A stretch of DNA of 64,000 bases from an uncultured Mollicutes bacterium. Its GTDB lineage: Bacteria; Bacillota_I; Bacilli_A; RFN20; CAG-826. A program made the position numbers and the translations under genes. Where the stretch lies: NCBI GenBank assembly GCA_900539595.1, contig UQCQ01000001.1, positions 172,291 through 236,290 of the forward strand, in the 5' to 3' direction. Under the pieces are notes generated by a model. It was not told the origin of the DNA. It worked only from the letters and a program-made list of their open reading frames with translations, and did no database searches. Positions 55,588 to 64,000 of this stretch are shown one piece after another; positions within the stretch are counted from its first letter, which is position 1; each line of letters begins with the position of its first letter.

Positions 55588-56763
55588 ATGAAATTCTTGC
55601 GTCGATTATTCATTAAAAATTACCAGAACGTTCAGGACGAAACCGTCCGTTCCGCCCATGGCATCCTCGCCGCTTGGCTTGGCCTCCTCATCAACGTGAT
55701 TTTGGTTGGAATGAAACTAAGTCTCGCCATCTTATTGGCCTCGCAGTCCTCCTGGATTTTTCCAATGGCCTTGCTTGCCGACTGCATTGATAGCGCAGGC
55801 GACATGGCTTCTAACATCGTGACCCTCGTTGGCTTCCGCGCCGCTTCTAAACCCGCGGACGCCGATCATCCCTATGGCCACGAAAGAATGGAATATATCG
55901 CCGGCATTTTAGTCGCCACCTTGGTCTTGGTGGCAGGGGGCGAGCTTATCGTAAATTCTATCAAGGGAATCGTCGCAGGAGACGCCGCCTTCTATACCTG
56001 GCCAACCGTTATCGTCCTAGTTGTCGCAATTGGGTTAAAAGTACTACAAGGCCTTATGAATTTAAGCTTAGCCAAAACGATTTCCTCCCCGGCTTTAAAA
56101 GCCACGGCAATCGATAGTTTCACCGATACGGCCGCCACCTTCGCCGTTGTCTTATCCGCAATTTTGTCCATCACGTTGAATTGGACATTCTTAGATGGGT
56201 ATTTTGGAATTGGGGTTGCTTGCTTCATCATCTACTCGGGAATCCGCATGATTCAAGAGACTGCGAACCCATTAATTGGACTAGCCTTCTCCGCTAAAGA
56301 CGTGGAAGACATCACCTCTTTAGCTATGCAACGTCCAGGAATTCTCGGCGTTCATGACGTTTTGTTCCATCGTTATGGACCGACCAAAGTCTTCATCACC
56401 CTCCACGTAGAAGTATCCGCAGATCAAAAGCTTCCCATTATCCATGAAACGATTGATTCCTTGGAACGGGAGATTAACGCCAAATACCACGCGGAAACCA
56501 CCATCCACATGGATCCGGTAGAATCGGATCAAGAATCCAAGGAAGTGAGAGAAAAAATCATGATGGTTTTGAAAAGGTTCTACGAAAATCCCTCCATGCA
56601 CGATCTGCATATCTATCACGACGACAAGGGGACCCGCATCGAATTTGACGTCCTTCTTCCTTATTCATTAGGAACGAAGAAAGAGGAAATCCTAAAGGCA
56701 TTATCCCAAGCCTTCCCCCATAAACAATTAGATGTGATCTTCGACCATTCTTACGTCGAATAG
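55588..56763 (+). CDS. Cation diffusion facilitator (CDF) family metal efflux transporter
   Basis: Multi-TM N-terminus with ADHPYGHERMEYIAG-type motifs and a C-terminal cytoplasmic domain. 391 aa. Confidence 0.8.
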   Translation: MKFLRRLFIKNYQNVQDETVRSAHGILAAWLGLLINVILVGMKLSLAILLASQSSWIFPMALLADCIDSAGDMASNIVTLVGFRAASKPADADHPYGHERMEYIAGILVATLVLVAGGELIVNSIKGIVAGDAAFYTWPTVIVLVVAIGLKVLQGLMNLSLAKTISSPALKATAIDSFTDTAATFAVVLSAILSITLNWTFLDGYFGIGVACFIIYSGIRMIQETANPLIGLAFSAKDVEDITSLAMQRPGILGVHDVLFHRYGPTKVFITLHVEVSADQKLPIIHETIDSLEREINAKYHAETTIHMDPVESDQESKEVREKIMMVLKRFYENPSMHDLHIYHDDKGTRIEFDVLLPYSLGTKKEEILKALSQAFPHKQLDVIFDHSYVE

Positions 56764-56768
56764 GACAT

Positions 56769-56802
56769 AAAAAATCGCCCCGTTATTCAGCGAGGCGATT
56801 TT
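56769..56802. terminator. Bidirectional rho-independent terminator between the CDF gene and gpmA
   Basis: AAATCGCC-ccgttattcagcga-GGCGATTT hairpin with flanking A and T runs. Confidence 0.5.
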
Positions 56803-56816
56803 CGTTAACCTAAGAA

Positions 56817-57524
56817 TTAGAGATAGTATTTGTTAAGGACCTTGAGGTCTTTCTCATCCAATTCGTAGACCAAGGGTTTTCCCGTCGGAATTTCGACGGA
56901 GATGATTTGATCCGGGGTGAGATGTTCCAACATCATGACAATGGCGCGGAGCGAATTACCGTGGGCCGCGATGAGAACTTTCTTACCAGCTTTGATTTCC
57001 GGGGCGATCTTCTCGTCGAAATACGGCTTCACGCGATCAGCGGTGTCGATGAGGCATTCCGTAAGGGGGCAATCCTCAATCGTCATTTCTCCTTTGGCAA
57101 TCAATTCTTTGTATTTTTCTTGGTTGCCGGGCCAACGCTCATCCTCTTTGGTGAGAGCTAGAGGCGGGACATCCGCGCTGCGGCGCCAGATGTGAACTTG
57201 CTCATCGCCCCATTTTTTGGCGGAATCGGCTTTGTTGAGGCCTTGGAGGGCACCATAGTGACGTTCGTTAAGTCTCCAGGAATAGAACTTCGGAATCGAG
57301 TTTTCTCCCATTTCGGACAAAGCGAAGTCCATCGTGTGGTTGGCGCGCTTCAAAACGGAAGAGAAAGCCATATCGAAGGTATACCCCTTCTCTTTGAGCA
57401 ATTTGCCGGCGGCTTTGGCTTCGGCAACGCCATTTTCCGAAAGCTCGACATCCGTCCAACCCGTGAAGAGGTTTTTGAGATTCCATTCGCTTTGGCCATG
57501 GCGAATCAAGACTAATTTAACCAT
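56817..57524 (-). CDS. gpmA: 2,3-bisphosphoglycerate-dependent phosphoglycerate mutase
   Basis: LVLIRHGQSEWNLKNLFTGW catalytic His motif. 235 aa. Confidence 0.9.
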   Translation of the reverse strand: MVKLVLIRHGQSEWNLKNLFTGWTDVELSENGVAEAKAAGKLLKEKGYTFDMAFSSVLKRANHTMDFALSEMGENSIPKFYSWRLNERHYGALQGLNKADSAKKWGDEQVHIWRRSADVPPLALTKEDERWPGNQEKYKELIAKGEMTIEDCPLTECLIDTADRVKPYFDEKIAPEIKAGKKVLIAAHGNSLRAIVMMLEHLTPDQIISVEIPTGKPLVYELDEKDLKVLNKYYL

Positions 57525-57635
57525 TGAAACAATATCCTTTCGGTCTTATGAACCAAAGGGAATTATAAAGCAAATCAAAGAATGGGGCGAGGTCTTCGCG
57601 TCCAAAAATGAAAGCAAAAATAGCAAAATCAAACT

Positions 57636-58322
57636 TTAAGCCAGGCGAAGAGCCATCGCCATGGCAATTTGAGAAGCGATTGCCGAGCACTTCTTCACGT
57701 TAAGGGGATATTCCACCTCCGGATGTTCGGCGTCGCTGATCACACGAATCGCGCAGAAAGGAACATGGAAGACGGAAGCAATTTGAGCAAACGGGGCACT
57801 TTCCATATCTAAACAAAGGGAACCGAATTCCTCGGTGATGCTCTTCTTCTTTTCGCCTTCGGATAAGAAGGTATCACCGCTAGAGATGGTTCCTTCCACA
57901 TAAGGGATGGATAAGCCTTTGCAAACTTGTCCCGCCACTTCCATTAGGGATTTGCAGCCCGGGAGATAAACCATGTTGATGCCCGAGATAAGTCCTTTAG
58001 GATCCCCAATCGCCGAGGTATCCATATCGTGTTCCACGTATTGATTACCAATCACTGCGGAGAAGATGTCCGCCTTCGCCTTGTTTTGGCTTCCGGCAAC
58101 GCCGACATTGATGAAAGAATCGACTTTATACAAATTGGCGATCGAGGCAATGGCACTCGCGGCAAAGCCTTTTCCAATCCCAGAAATCGCGACCAAAAAT
58201 TTCTTTTCGTCCTTTTTGACTTCGAAAATCTCTGTGTAACCGACGCAGCGGTTTTCAAGGATTTCGACATTTTTTAGAAGCTCCGAAGCTTCTTTTTCCA
58301 TTGCAAACAGTAAACAAACCAT
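57636..58322 (-). CDS. mtnN: 5'-methylthioadenosine/S-adenosylhomocysteine nucleosidase
   Basis: CLLFAMEKEA (cf. IGIIGAMEEE), VAISGIGKG and AIRVISDAE motifs of MTAN. 228 aa. Confidence 0.7.
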   Translation of the reverse strand: MVCLLFAMEKEASELLKNVEILENRCVGYTEIFEVKKDEKKFLVAISGIGKGFAASAIASIANLYKVDSFINVGVAGSQNKAKADIFSAVIGNQYVEHDMDTSAIGDPKGLISGINMVYLPGCKSLMEVAGQVCKGLSIPYVEGTISSGDTFLSEGEKKKSITEEFGSLCLDMESAPFAQIASVFHVPFCAIRVISDAEHPEVEYPLNVKKCSAIASQIAMAMALRLA

Positions 58323-58354
58323 GGCGGTTATTCTATCGTTATCCGCTAAATTGT

Positions 58355-58900
58355 CTACCTTTTCTCGCCTTTTTTACGATGGAAATGCAGTTCTTGGAGG
58401 TCCGTGGAATCAAAAGAAGGAAAATAAGCCGCCCGCACTTTCGAAGAATCGTCCACGACGACAATGGAGAAATCTCGGTAAGCAGACAAATCCAAAAGAG
58501 GGGATATCGTATAGGTTAAGGAAGCGGATCTTCTGGCGTTGCGAGGAATGGCGATGCTATAGGTGGAGCCTCGACGTGAAATAAACCTCGAATCGGGGTC
58601 GTTAGATAAAGGAAGCCCGTCTAAATGGGCAACAAGACTTTCGACGCCATCCTTCTTTCCATAAAGGTCAAATCCCGAATAAACGCGGTCTTTGGCATCG
58701 ACGTTTTCAAAGGTCAAATCCAAACGGACATCCCGACGATCGATATAGGCGTGACGACGGCATTGGACGTTGAAGTCGCCGCTGCGAAAAAGGTTCTGGG
58801 CGATGAAAATTAAAATCGCGACGAGGGCGGATAGTCCCATCGTAATTACCGTGACCCAGAATCCGGCTTTTGCTGCGACATCGAATTGGAAAACAAACAT
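58355..58900 (-). CDS. Hypothetical membrane-anchored protein (181 aa)
   Basis: N-terminal TM helix GFWVTVITMGLSALVAILIFIA. No recognisable catalytic motifs. Confidence 0.4.
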   Translation of the reverse strand: MFVFQFDVAAKAGFWVTVITMGLSALVAILIFIAQNLFRSGDFNVQCRRHAYIDRRDVRLDLTFENVDAKDRVYSGFDLYGKKDGVESLVAHLDGLPLSNDPDSRFISRRGSTYSIAIPRNARRSASLTYTISPLLDLSAYRDFSIVVVDDSSKVRAAYFPSFDSTDLQELHFHRKKGEKR

Positions 58901-58986
58901 ACGTACCTAATGCTTTTCTATCATACGCGGAAATAAAAGCAGGGAAAGGTGCAAGCGCTTTCCCCGCGTCTTTTCCAAAGAAAACC

Positions 58987-59889
58987 TTATTTTCCCAGCA
59001 CGAAATCCCGAATATCCACGAAGACGGTTCCACGTTCCGTTTCATTGGTGATTTCATGACGCATATGGGGATAGAGTTTGACGGTGACGTTCCTCACGCC
59101 CAATTTCTGATAGGCAGCGCAAAGCCAGGTGGGTCCTTTGCCAAATTGACCCACGGGATCCTCTTCTCCAGCAATGATGAAAATCTGTTCGTCTTTCGCT
59201 ACGCGCTTCAGCTCTTTTTTCGTCCAAATCAAGCGCACGCCCCGAAGCAATTCCTTCCAGAAGCCTCCCGTTGGCGGGAAGCCGCAATAAGGATGCGCGG
59301 CATAGGCTTTGCGGTTTTCTTCATCATAAGAAAGCCAATCGAGTTCGGTTTCGGCGTCCTTCACGCTTTTGGCATATCCCCCAAGGCTTAGTTTCGTTAA
59401 CGAGGGGTTTGGCTTATCCCAATTGGATTTATGAACCTTCAAGCAAGCGAGCAAATACCCCATCTTCATAAGGCAAGCCTGGCCGCCGTTGCTGCCAATA
59501 ATCAAGGTACGATCCGAATCATGGGGGTAAACCTGCAAGCGGCGTTGGGTCATGAACGATCCCATGGAATGCCCCGCTTGGGTCGTGGGCAATCCGTTTT
59601 TACGCGCGAGCAGACACATCATATGGATGCCTTCAACGTTTTTAGCAAATCCGTTTTCTGGCCACTTCATCTGGTCTTCGGGGTTGGGGGCGTTGAGTCC
59701 TTGCCCAATCGCATCCAAAACCCAAACTTCGATATGAAAATCATTCAAATATCGGGCGAGTTCATCATAGCGGGCGCTATATTCCTGCATGCCCGTGATC
59801 ATGCAGTAGTTAGCTTCGGGATTCGGGGTCGGCCAATGATGACCCTTCATGATCGTCCCATCGCGGAGTTGTACCTGAAATTCTTCCAT
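58987..59889 (-). CDS. Alpha/beta hydrolase (lysophospholipase / monoacylglycerol lipase-like)
   Basis: GHSMGSF nucleophile elbow (GxSxG). 300 aa. Confidence 0.65.
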   Translation of the reverse strand: MEEFQVQLRDGTIMKGHHWPTPNPEANYCMITGMQEYSARYDELARYLNDFHIEVWVLDAIGQGLNAPNPEDQMKWPENGFAKNVEGIHMMCLLARKNGLPTTQAGHSMGSFMTQRRLQVYPHDSDRTLIIGSNGGQACLMKMGYLLACLKVHKSNWDKPNPSLTKLSLGGYAKSVKDAETELDWLSYDEENRKAYAAHPYCGFPPTGGFWKELLRGVRLIWTKKELKRVAKDEQIFIIAGEEDPVGQFGKGPTWLCAAYQKLGVRNVTVKLYPHMRHEITNETERGTVFVDIRDFVLGK

Positions 59890-60049
59890 TCTCGTTCTCC
59901 TTATTTCGGGTTGGAGTTTCCTTTTCCAAACCCTCTTCTATTTCATTATAAGAAAGGGACGAAAAAATAGAAAAGAGAAAAATTCGACAAAATTGCGAAT
60001 AGGACAAAAGGGGGCTTATGCCCCCCTGCGTTTAAAATTTTACTAGCAA

Positions 60050-61072
60050 TTATTGAATGCCGTTCGGATTCATCTTTTGGAAGCGATAGGCATCCTTGCA
60101 GGCATCTAAAACGTTGCGACGGGCCTTCCAGCCAAGCTCTTCGAAAGCTTTGTCGCAGTTGGCGTAATTCTCCGCGACGTCTCCCGCTCGACGAGCTTCG
60201 ATTTGATAGGGAATCTTGACGCCATTAGCCTCTTCGAAGGCATGGACGATTTCCAAAACGGAAGTTCCCTTTCCCGTTCCAAGGTTATAAACAACAACCC
60301 CCGGGTTATCCGCTAATTTACGGATGGCAGCAACGTGGCCTTCCGCCAAATCGCAGACATGGATATAGTCGCGGATTCCCGTTCCGTCAGGAGTTGGGTA
60401 GTCATCCCCATAAACGCGAAGGAATTTCAATTTGCCAATAGCCACCTGAGAAACATAGGGCAGCAAATTATTGGGGATGCCATTAGGATCCTCCCCAAGC
60501 AGTCCAGAGGGATGGGCACCGATCGGGTTGAAATAACGAAGCAAGACGACATTGAGGTCTTTCCAAGCCTTATGGGTATCTTCCAAAATACGCTCAATCA
60601 TGACTTTGGTCTCGCCATAGGGGTTCGTCGCGCTTTGGACGGGATCGGTTTCTTTTAACGGCACGCGTTCCGGCACGCCGTAAACGGTCGCCGAGGAGGA
60701 GAAGATGATGTTGCGGACATCGAATTCGCGCATCAAATCCAAAAGGTTCAACGTGGAGACCAAGTTGTTGGAATAATATTCAATCGGCTTAGAAACGGAT
60801 TCGCCGACCGCTTTAAGTCCCGCGAAATGAATCACGCCATAGAGGTCTTTCTCTTCTTCAAAAACTTTACGGAATGCGGCTTTGTCGCAGCAATCCACAG
60901 GATGAAAAATCGGGCGGACGCCGGTGATGGTTTCGATACGACCCACGACGGCTTCCTTGGAATTGCAAAGATTGTCGACGATGACGGGTTCATACCCGTT
61001 TTCGATGAGGGCGATGACGGTCTCAGAACCAATGAATCCGGTTCCGCCGGTAACGAGAATACGTTTTTTCAT
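60050..61072 (-). CDS. galE: UDP-glucose 4-epimerase
   Basis: MKKRILVTGGTGFIGS NAD-binding motif and YxxxK region. 340 aa. Confidence 0.85.
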   Translation of the reverse strand: MKKRILVTGGTGFIGSETVIALIENGYEPVIVDNLCNSKEAVVGRIETITGVRPIFHPVDCCDKAAFRKVFEEEKDLYGVIHFAGLKAVGESVSKPIEYYSNNLVSTLNLLDLMREFDVRNIIFSSSATVYGVPERVPLKETDPVQSATNPYGETKVMIERILEDTHKAWKDLNVVLLRYFNPIGAHPSGLLGEDPNGIPNNLLPYVSQVAIGKLKFLRVYGDDYPTPDGTGIRDYIHVCDLAEGHVAAIRKLADNPGVVVYNLGTGKGTSVLEIVHAFEEANGVKIPYQIEARRAGDVAENYANCDKAFEELGWKARRNVLDACKDAYRFQKMNPNGIQ

Positions 61073-61869
61073 TTTTCAGTTTTCCTTTCCCTTTTCGCAT
61101 GCCGTTTTTGGCTTGCTTCTTTCTTTTTGGCTTCCTCGTCTTCTTTTATTTTCTTGGCGATTTGGCTTTCCCTTTCTTTAATCGCGGCTACCCGTTCGGC
61201 TTCATGCATGCCTTGACGGATTTCGTGCTTGGTTTCTTTGGGGGAGAGATTTGCCGCGGCTTTCGCGATGTCTTCGCCGTGCATATCCTTCCGCAACAAG
61301 CCAATGATGTAATCGCTTAAGAGTTTATCCGCCTGCGCTTGAATCGCAAGGCGCAAGGCGATGAGGCCCAAGGAGTCGCGGGCATTGGTTTCCGCCGCCT
61401 GCTTATCCTTCTTTTTCTTTTCGTTTTCGTAACGGAGGGCAACGTCATTGACACGTCCTGCTGTAATGGTCGCCGCGTTAGACAAAATGGATTGTTCCAT
61501 GTTGCTCCAAAAGGCGTAAACCCTTTCTTTGGAGGAAGAAATTCCTTCATCTAATTCGATTAACAAGGACATGTCCCCCATCGATAAGGTGCTTTTGCAA
61601 AGACAGATGGCCATCAAATAGCCAATTTGCTCGCGGGAATATTTCTTTCTATTGGGCTCCCCAATCATTTTGGCCTTCACGTAGTTATTGACCATGAAGG
61701 AGGTGAGCATTTTTTCTCCATCAGGAGACAAATCCTTCAAAGCATCGTTGATAAAGCAAAGGACTTGCTCCATGTAGAGATCGACGCTCGGAAGCTCGCG
61801 AAATCGCGGCAACGAAAATTCCGCGATCCTTTGTAAATACTGTTGCAGTTCTTTAATTTCGTCTTCCAT
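61069..61869 (-). CDS. Conserved hypothetical protein with a lysine/glutamate-rich C-terminal tail (possibly DUF1836-like)
   Basis: 266-aa ORF coupled by a 4-bp overlap to galE. The C-terminal ~60 residues are highly charged (KKIKEDEEAKKKEASQKRHAKRERKTEK). Confidence 0.45.
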   Translation of the reverse strand: MEDEIKELQQYLQRIAEFSLPRFRELPSVDLYMEQVLCFINDALKDLSPDGEKMLTSFMVNNYVKAKMIGEPNRKKYSREQIGYLMAICLCKSTLSMGDMSLLIELDEGISSSKERVYAFWSNMEQSILSNAATITAGRVNDVALRYENEKKKKDKQAAETNARDSLGLIALRLAIQAQADKLLSDYIIGLLRKDMHGEDIAKAAANLSPKETKHEIRQGMHEAERVAAIKERESQIAKKIKEDEEAKKKEASQKRHAKRERKTEK

Positions 61870-61880
61870 GGTCCCCCTTT

Positions 61881-63311
61881 CTAGCGTTTGGCTAATTCTT
61901 CCGCCATGACTTTGGCTACTGCGGCAGGATTGACCTTGCCTTTTGCCGCTTTCATAACTTGACCAATTAAGAATCCCTTGGCGCGATCTTTGCCGGCCTT
62001 GAAGTCGGCCACGCTTTGGGGGTTGGCGTCCAAAACGGCGCTAACAAAGCCCAAAACGGCCCCATCATCGCTCACTTGCTTTTCGATGTGCTTGGCTAAA
62101 CGGGCTTCTTCTGCTCCCACGTTATTTTCAAGGCAATAGAAGAAGATATCCGCGCATTGTTTATGGGTGTACCCGTCATTCTGCATGGAGGCGATTTCAC
62201 CCAAAGTCTCAGGAGGCAATGGGAATTCCTTCATCGAGATTCCGTTCTTGTTCAAATAGGAATTGGCTTCCACGATCAAGAAATTCGCGATGACTTTGGC
62301 TAATTTTTCATTCTTGGCGATCGCTTTCTCAAAATACAGAGCCATATCCATGTTCGCCAAGAGGATGTCCGCGTCGGTTTCGCTTAATCCCGCGCTTACA
62401 TAACGAGCCTTCTTGGCATCATAGAGTTCTGGGCAGGTATCAATCGCCTTTTGGACGAATTCTTCGGAAAGGCGGATCGGGACGATATTGGGTTCTGGGA
62501 AATATTTATAGTCCACCGCGTCGGTTTTCACACGCATCAAGACGGTTTTGCCGCTGGCTTCGTCGAAGCGTCTAGTTTCTTGCTGGACGGGGACGCCGCT
62601 TAATAAGCAGGCGCTTTGCCTTGCAATTTCATAGTCCAAAGCCGTTTCGATGTTTTTGGTGGAATTCAAGTTTTTAAGCTCGACCTTGGTGCCGAATTCC
62701 TCGGAACCATAAGGGCGGATAGAGACGTTGACGTCGCAGCGGAGCGACCCTTCTTCCATCTTCCCATCGCTAGTTCCCGAATAAAGGACGATGTTGCGGA
62801 TGGCTTCCACGTAATGCATGGCTTCCGTGCCGTTACGCATATCGGGAAGGGAGACGATTTCGACAAGAGGCACCCCCGCGCGGTTATAGTCCAAGAGGGA
62901 ATAATCCGCGAAATGGAGCTGCTTGCAAGTGTCTTCTTCCATATGAATGCGTTCGATGCGGATCCGCTTGGTTTCTCCGTTTTTGCCTTTGACATCCAAA
63001 TACCCATCCCGTCCAATCGGATGGAATTGTTGGGTGATTTGAAATCCCTTAGGAAGATCGCTGTAGAAATAATTCTTACGATCGAAACGAACCAAGGGAT
63101 CAATGGTCATATGCAAGGCATTCGCCACGCGAATCGCATTGACGACGGCTTGCTTATTCACTAATGGCATCGTGCCGGGATAAGCCATGTCGAAAGGGGT
63201 AATCTCCGTATTGGGATTACGGGAGAAGGAATTGGGGGAGGCAGAAAACATTTTGGATTTGGTTTTCATCTCCACGTGGATTTCAAGTCCGATGACGGCT
63301 TCAAAATTCAT
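61881..63311 (-). CDS. gatB: Asp-tRNA(Asn)/Glu-tRNA(Gln) amidotransferase subunit B
   Basis: MNFEAVIGLEIHVEMKTKSKMFS is the canonical GatB N-terminus. 476 aa. Confidence 0.9.
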   Translation of the reverse strand: MNFEAVIGLEIHVEMKTKSKMFSASPNSFSRNPNTEITPFDMAYPGTMPLVNKQAVVNAIRVANALHMTIDPLVRFDRKNYFYSDLPKGFQITQQFHPIGRDGYLDVKGKNGETKRIRIERIHMEEDTCKQLHFADYSLLDYNRAGVPLVEIVSLPDMRNGTEAMHYVEAIRNIVLYSGTSDGKMEEGSLRCDVNVSIRPYGSEEFGTKVELKNLNSTKNIETALDYEIARQSACLLSGVPVQQETRRFDEASGKTVLMRVKTDAVDYKYFPEPNIVPIRLSEEFVQKAIDTCPELYDAKKARYVSAGLSETDADILLANMDMALYFEKAIAKNEKLAKVIANFLIVEANSYLNKNGISMKEFPLPPETLGEIASMQNDGYTHKQCADIFFYCLENNVGAEEARLAKHIEKQVSDDGAVLGFVSAVLDANPQSVADFKAGKDRAKGFLIGQVMKAAKGKVNPAAVAKVMAEELAKR

Positions 63312-64000
63312 AAACGAGCCTCCTTTTTGTTGAGGATAGATAATCCGCCAAGGCCGCTGATGGATTCAAAGGCCTCGGAGATTTGGAGCAATTCTTTTTC
63401 TTCGAAGGCGCGGCCCGTGAAATTGATTCCAACGGGTAAATCGCGAACGAAGGTTAGCGGCAAGGTGATGGAGGGAAGGCCCGCGAAATTGCCAATGGCC
63501 AAATGATTGTCCGCGATAAGATATTCGTCAGAGAGCTTATCGCTCATTCCATTGATAAGGGGTGCTTCCTTGGGAGCGGCCAAAGCTAGAATCGCATCGT
63601 AGTCTTTTAAAATTTCGTTGGTTCTACGAACGATTTTGGCACGGGCTTTTTGGGCGCGGAGGAACAAAACATCTTGGTTTTCTCTCATCAAGGCAAACGA
63701 GCCGATGACGAAACGTCTCTTAATGAGCTCGCTGAACCCTTGGGTTCTGGCGTTGGACATGACTTCTTGGTAGGTTTTACCGCCACGGAACGGACCGAAT
63801 TTGATGCCATCCAAATTCGCATCATTCGAAGTGGCTTCCGCGCAGGAAATTACCATATAGGAGGCGTAGATCGCTTCGAGCTCGGCACGGCCAAAATCTA
63901 CGAAATCCACTACAGCTCCCGCTTCTTTTAATGCTCGTAACGATTTTTCGAAGCTACGGCGAACCGTTTCGTCCTTCACGGAATCAAAGATTTCGGAAAT
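63308..64000 (-). CDS. gatA: Asp-tRNA(Asn)/Glu-tRNA(Gln) amidotransferase subunit A. C-terminal part only; the gene continues beyond the window end.
   Basis: Amidase-family C-terminal sequence directly upstream of gatB with a 4-bp overlap. The reading frame stays open to the window edge. Confidence 0.8.
   Translation of the reverse strand: MSEIFDSVKDETVRRSFEKSLRALKEAGAVVDFVDFGRAELEAIYASYMVISCAEATSNDANLDGIKFGPFRGGKTYQEVMSNARTQGFSELIKRRFVIGSFALMRENQDVLFLRAQKARAKIVRRTNEILKDYDAILALAAPKEAPLINGMSDKLSDEYLIADNHLAIGNFAGLPSITLPLTFVRDLPVGINFTGRAFEEKELLQISEAFESISGLGGLSILNKKEARL

Noticed and set aside
1-64000. CRISPR arrays, rRNA genes, integrase/recombinase genes, intact IS elements
   Set aside because: No regularly spaced short repeats, no rRNA-like conserved stretches, no tyrosine/serine recombinase motifs and no full-length transposase ORFs were found on either strand. 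Only the two transposase tails remain.

Overview
Best read as a chromosomal segment of a Bacillota (Firmicutes)-type genome. The left ~44 kb is accessory and the right ~20 kb is housekeeping.

The housekeeping block (44.4-64 kb) has the usual rplM-rpsI and comEB-ecfA-ecfA-ecfT-truA neighbourhood. It also carries yebC, a PHP-family histidinol-phosphatase-like gene, folC, smpB, a lipoprotein HExxH metalloprotease, a CDF transporter, gpmA, mtnN, an alpha/beta hydrolase, galE, gatB and a partial gatA.

The accessory part contains, in order:
(i) Decayed surface-protein and nucleoside-phosphorylase fragments at the window start.
(ii) Two paralogous STAND/AAA ATPases.
(iii) A glycan-biosynthesis operon on the minus strand: radical SAM, then a 240-aa protein, then a 1294-aa HAD-GT4-GT4-UDP-GlcNAc-2-epimerase fusion, then a UDP-ManNAc-type dehydrogenase.
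(iv) A DinJ-like antitoxin with an atypical acidic partner.
(v) A GC-rich patch of surface-protein pseudogene pieces lying on both strands.
(vi) A roughly 23-kb defence island. It holds a complete type I Wadjet jetABCD, an IS3-family transposase scar, a low-GC PHP+ABC-ATPase (Ppl-like) gene with a translationally coupled 105-aa partner, and a GIY-YIG-DUF2075 nuclease/ATPase with a divergent DUF4177-like gene. It also holds a four-gene SNF2 helicase / 235-aa protein / type III mod / res operon ending in a small XRE HTH gene, a convergent HEPN-like (RNxxxH) protein, an IS66 transposase scar and a tRNA-Leu(TAG).
(vii) A 51-aa ORF with a consensus RBS, rarA, an ~800-bp extremely AT-rich non-coding stretch, an HxlR regulator, a flavodoxin/ferredoxin gene and a third AAA ATPase.
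(viii) A tRNA-Thr/Val/Ile cluster.
(ix) A three-gene nucleotidyltransferase (MNT-like) TA-like module, and an orphan AbiEi-like gene wedged between rplM and yebC.

No rRNA or CRISPR array was seen. Every functional call rests on motif-level reading of the translated ORFs, with no database search. Family names are therefore inferences of varying strength.
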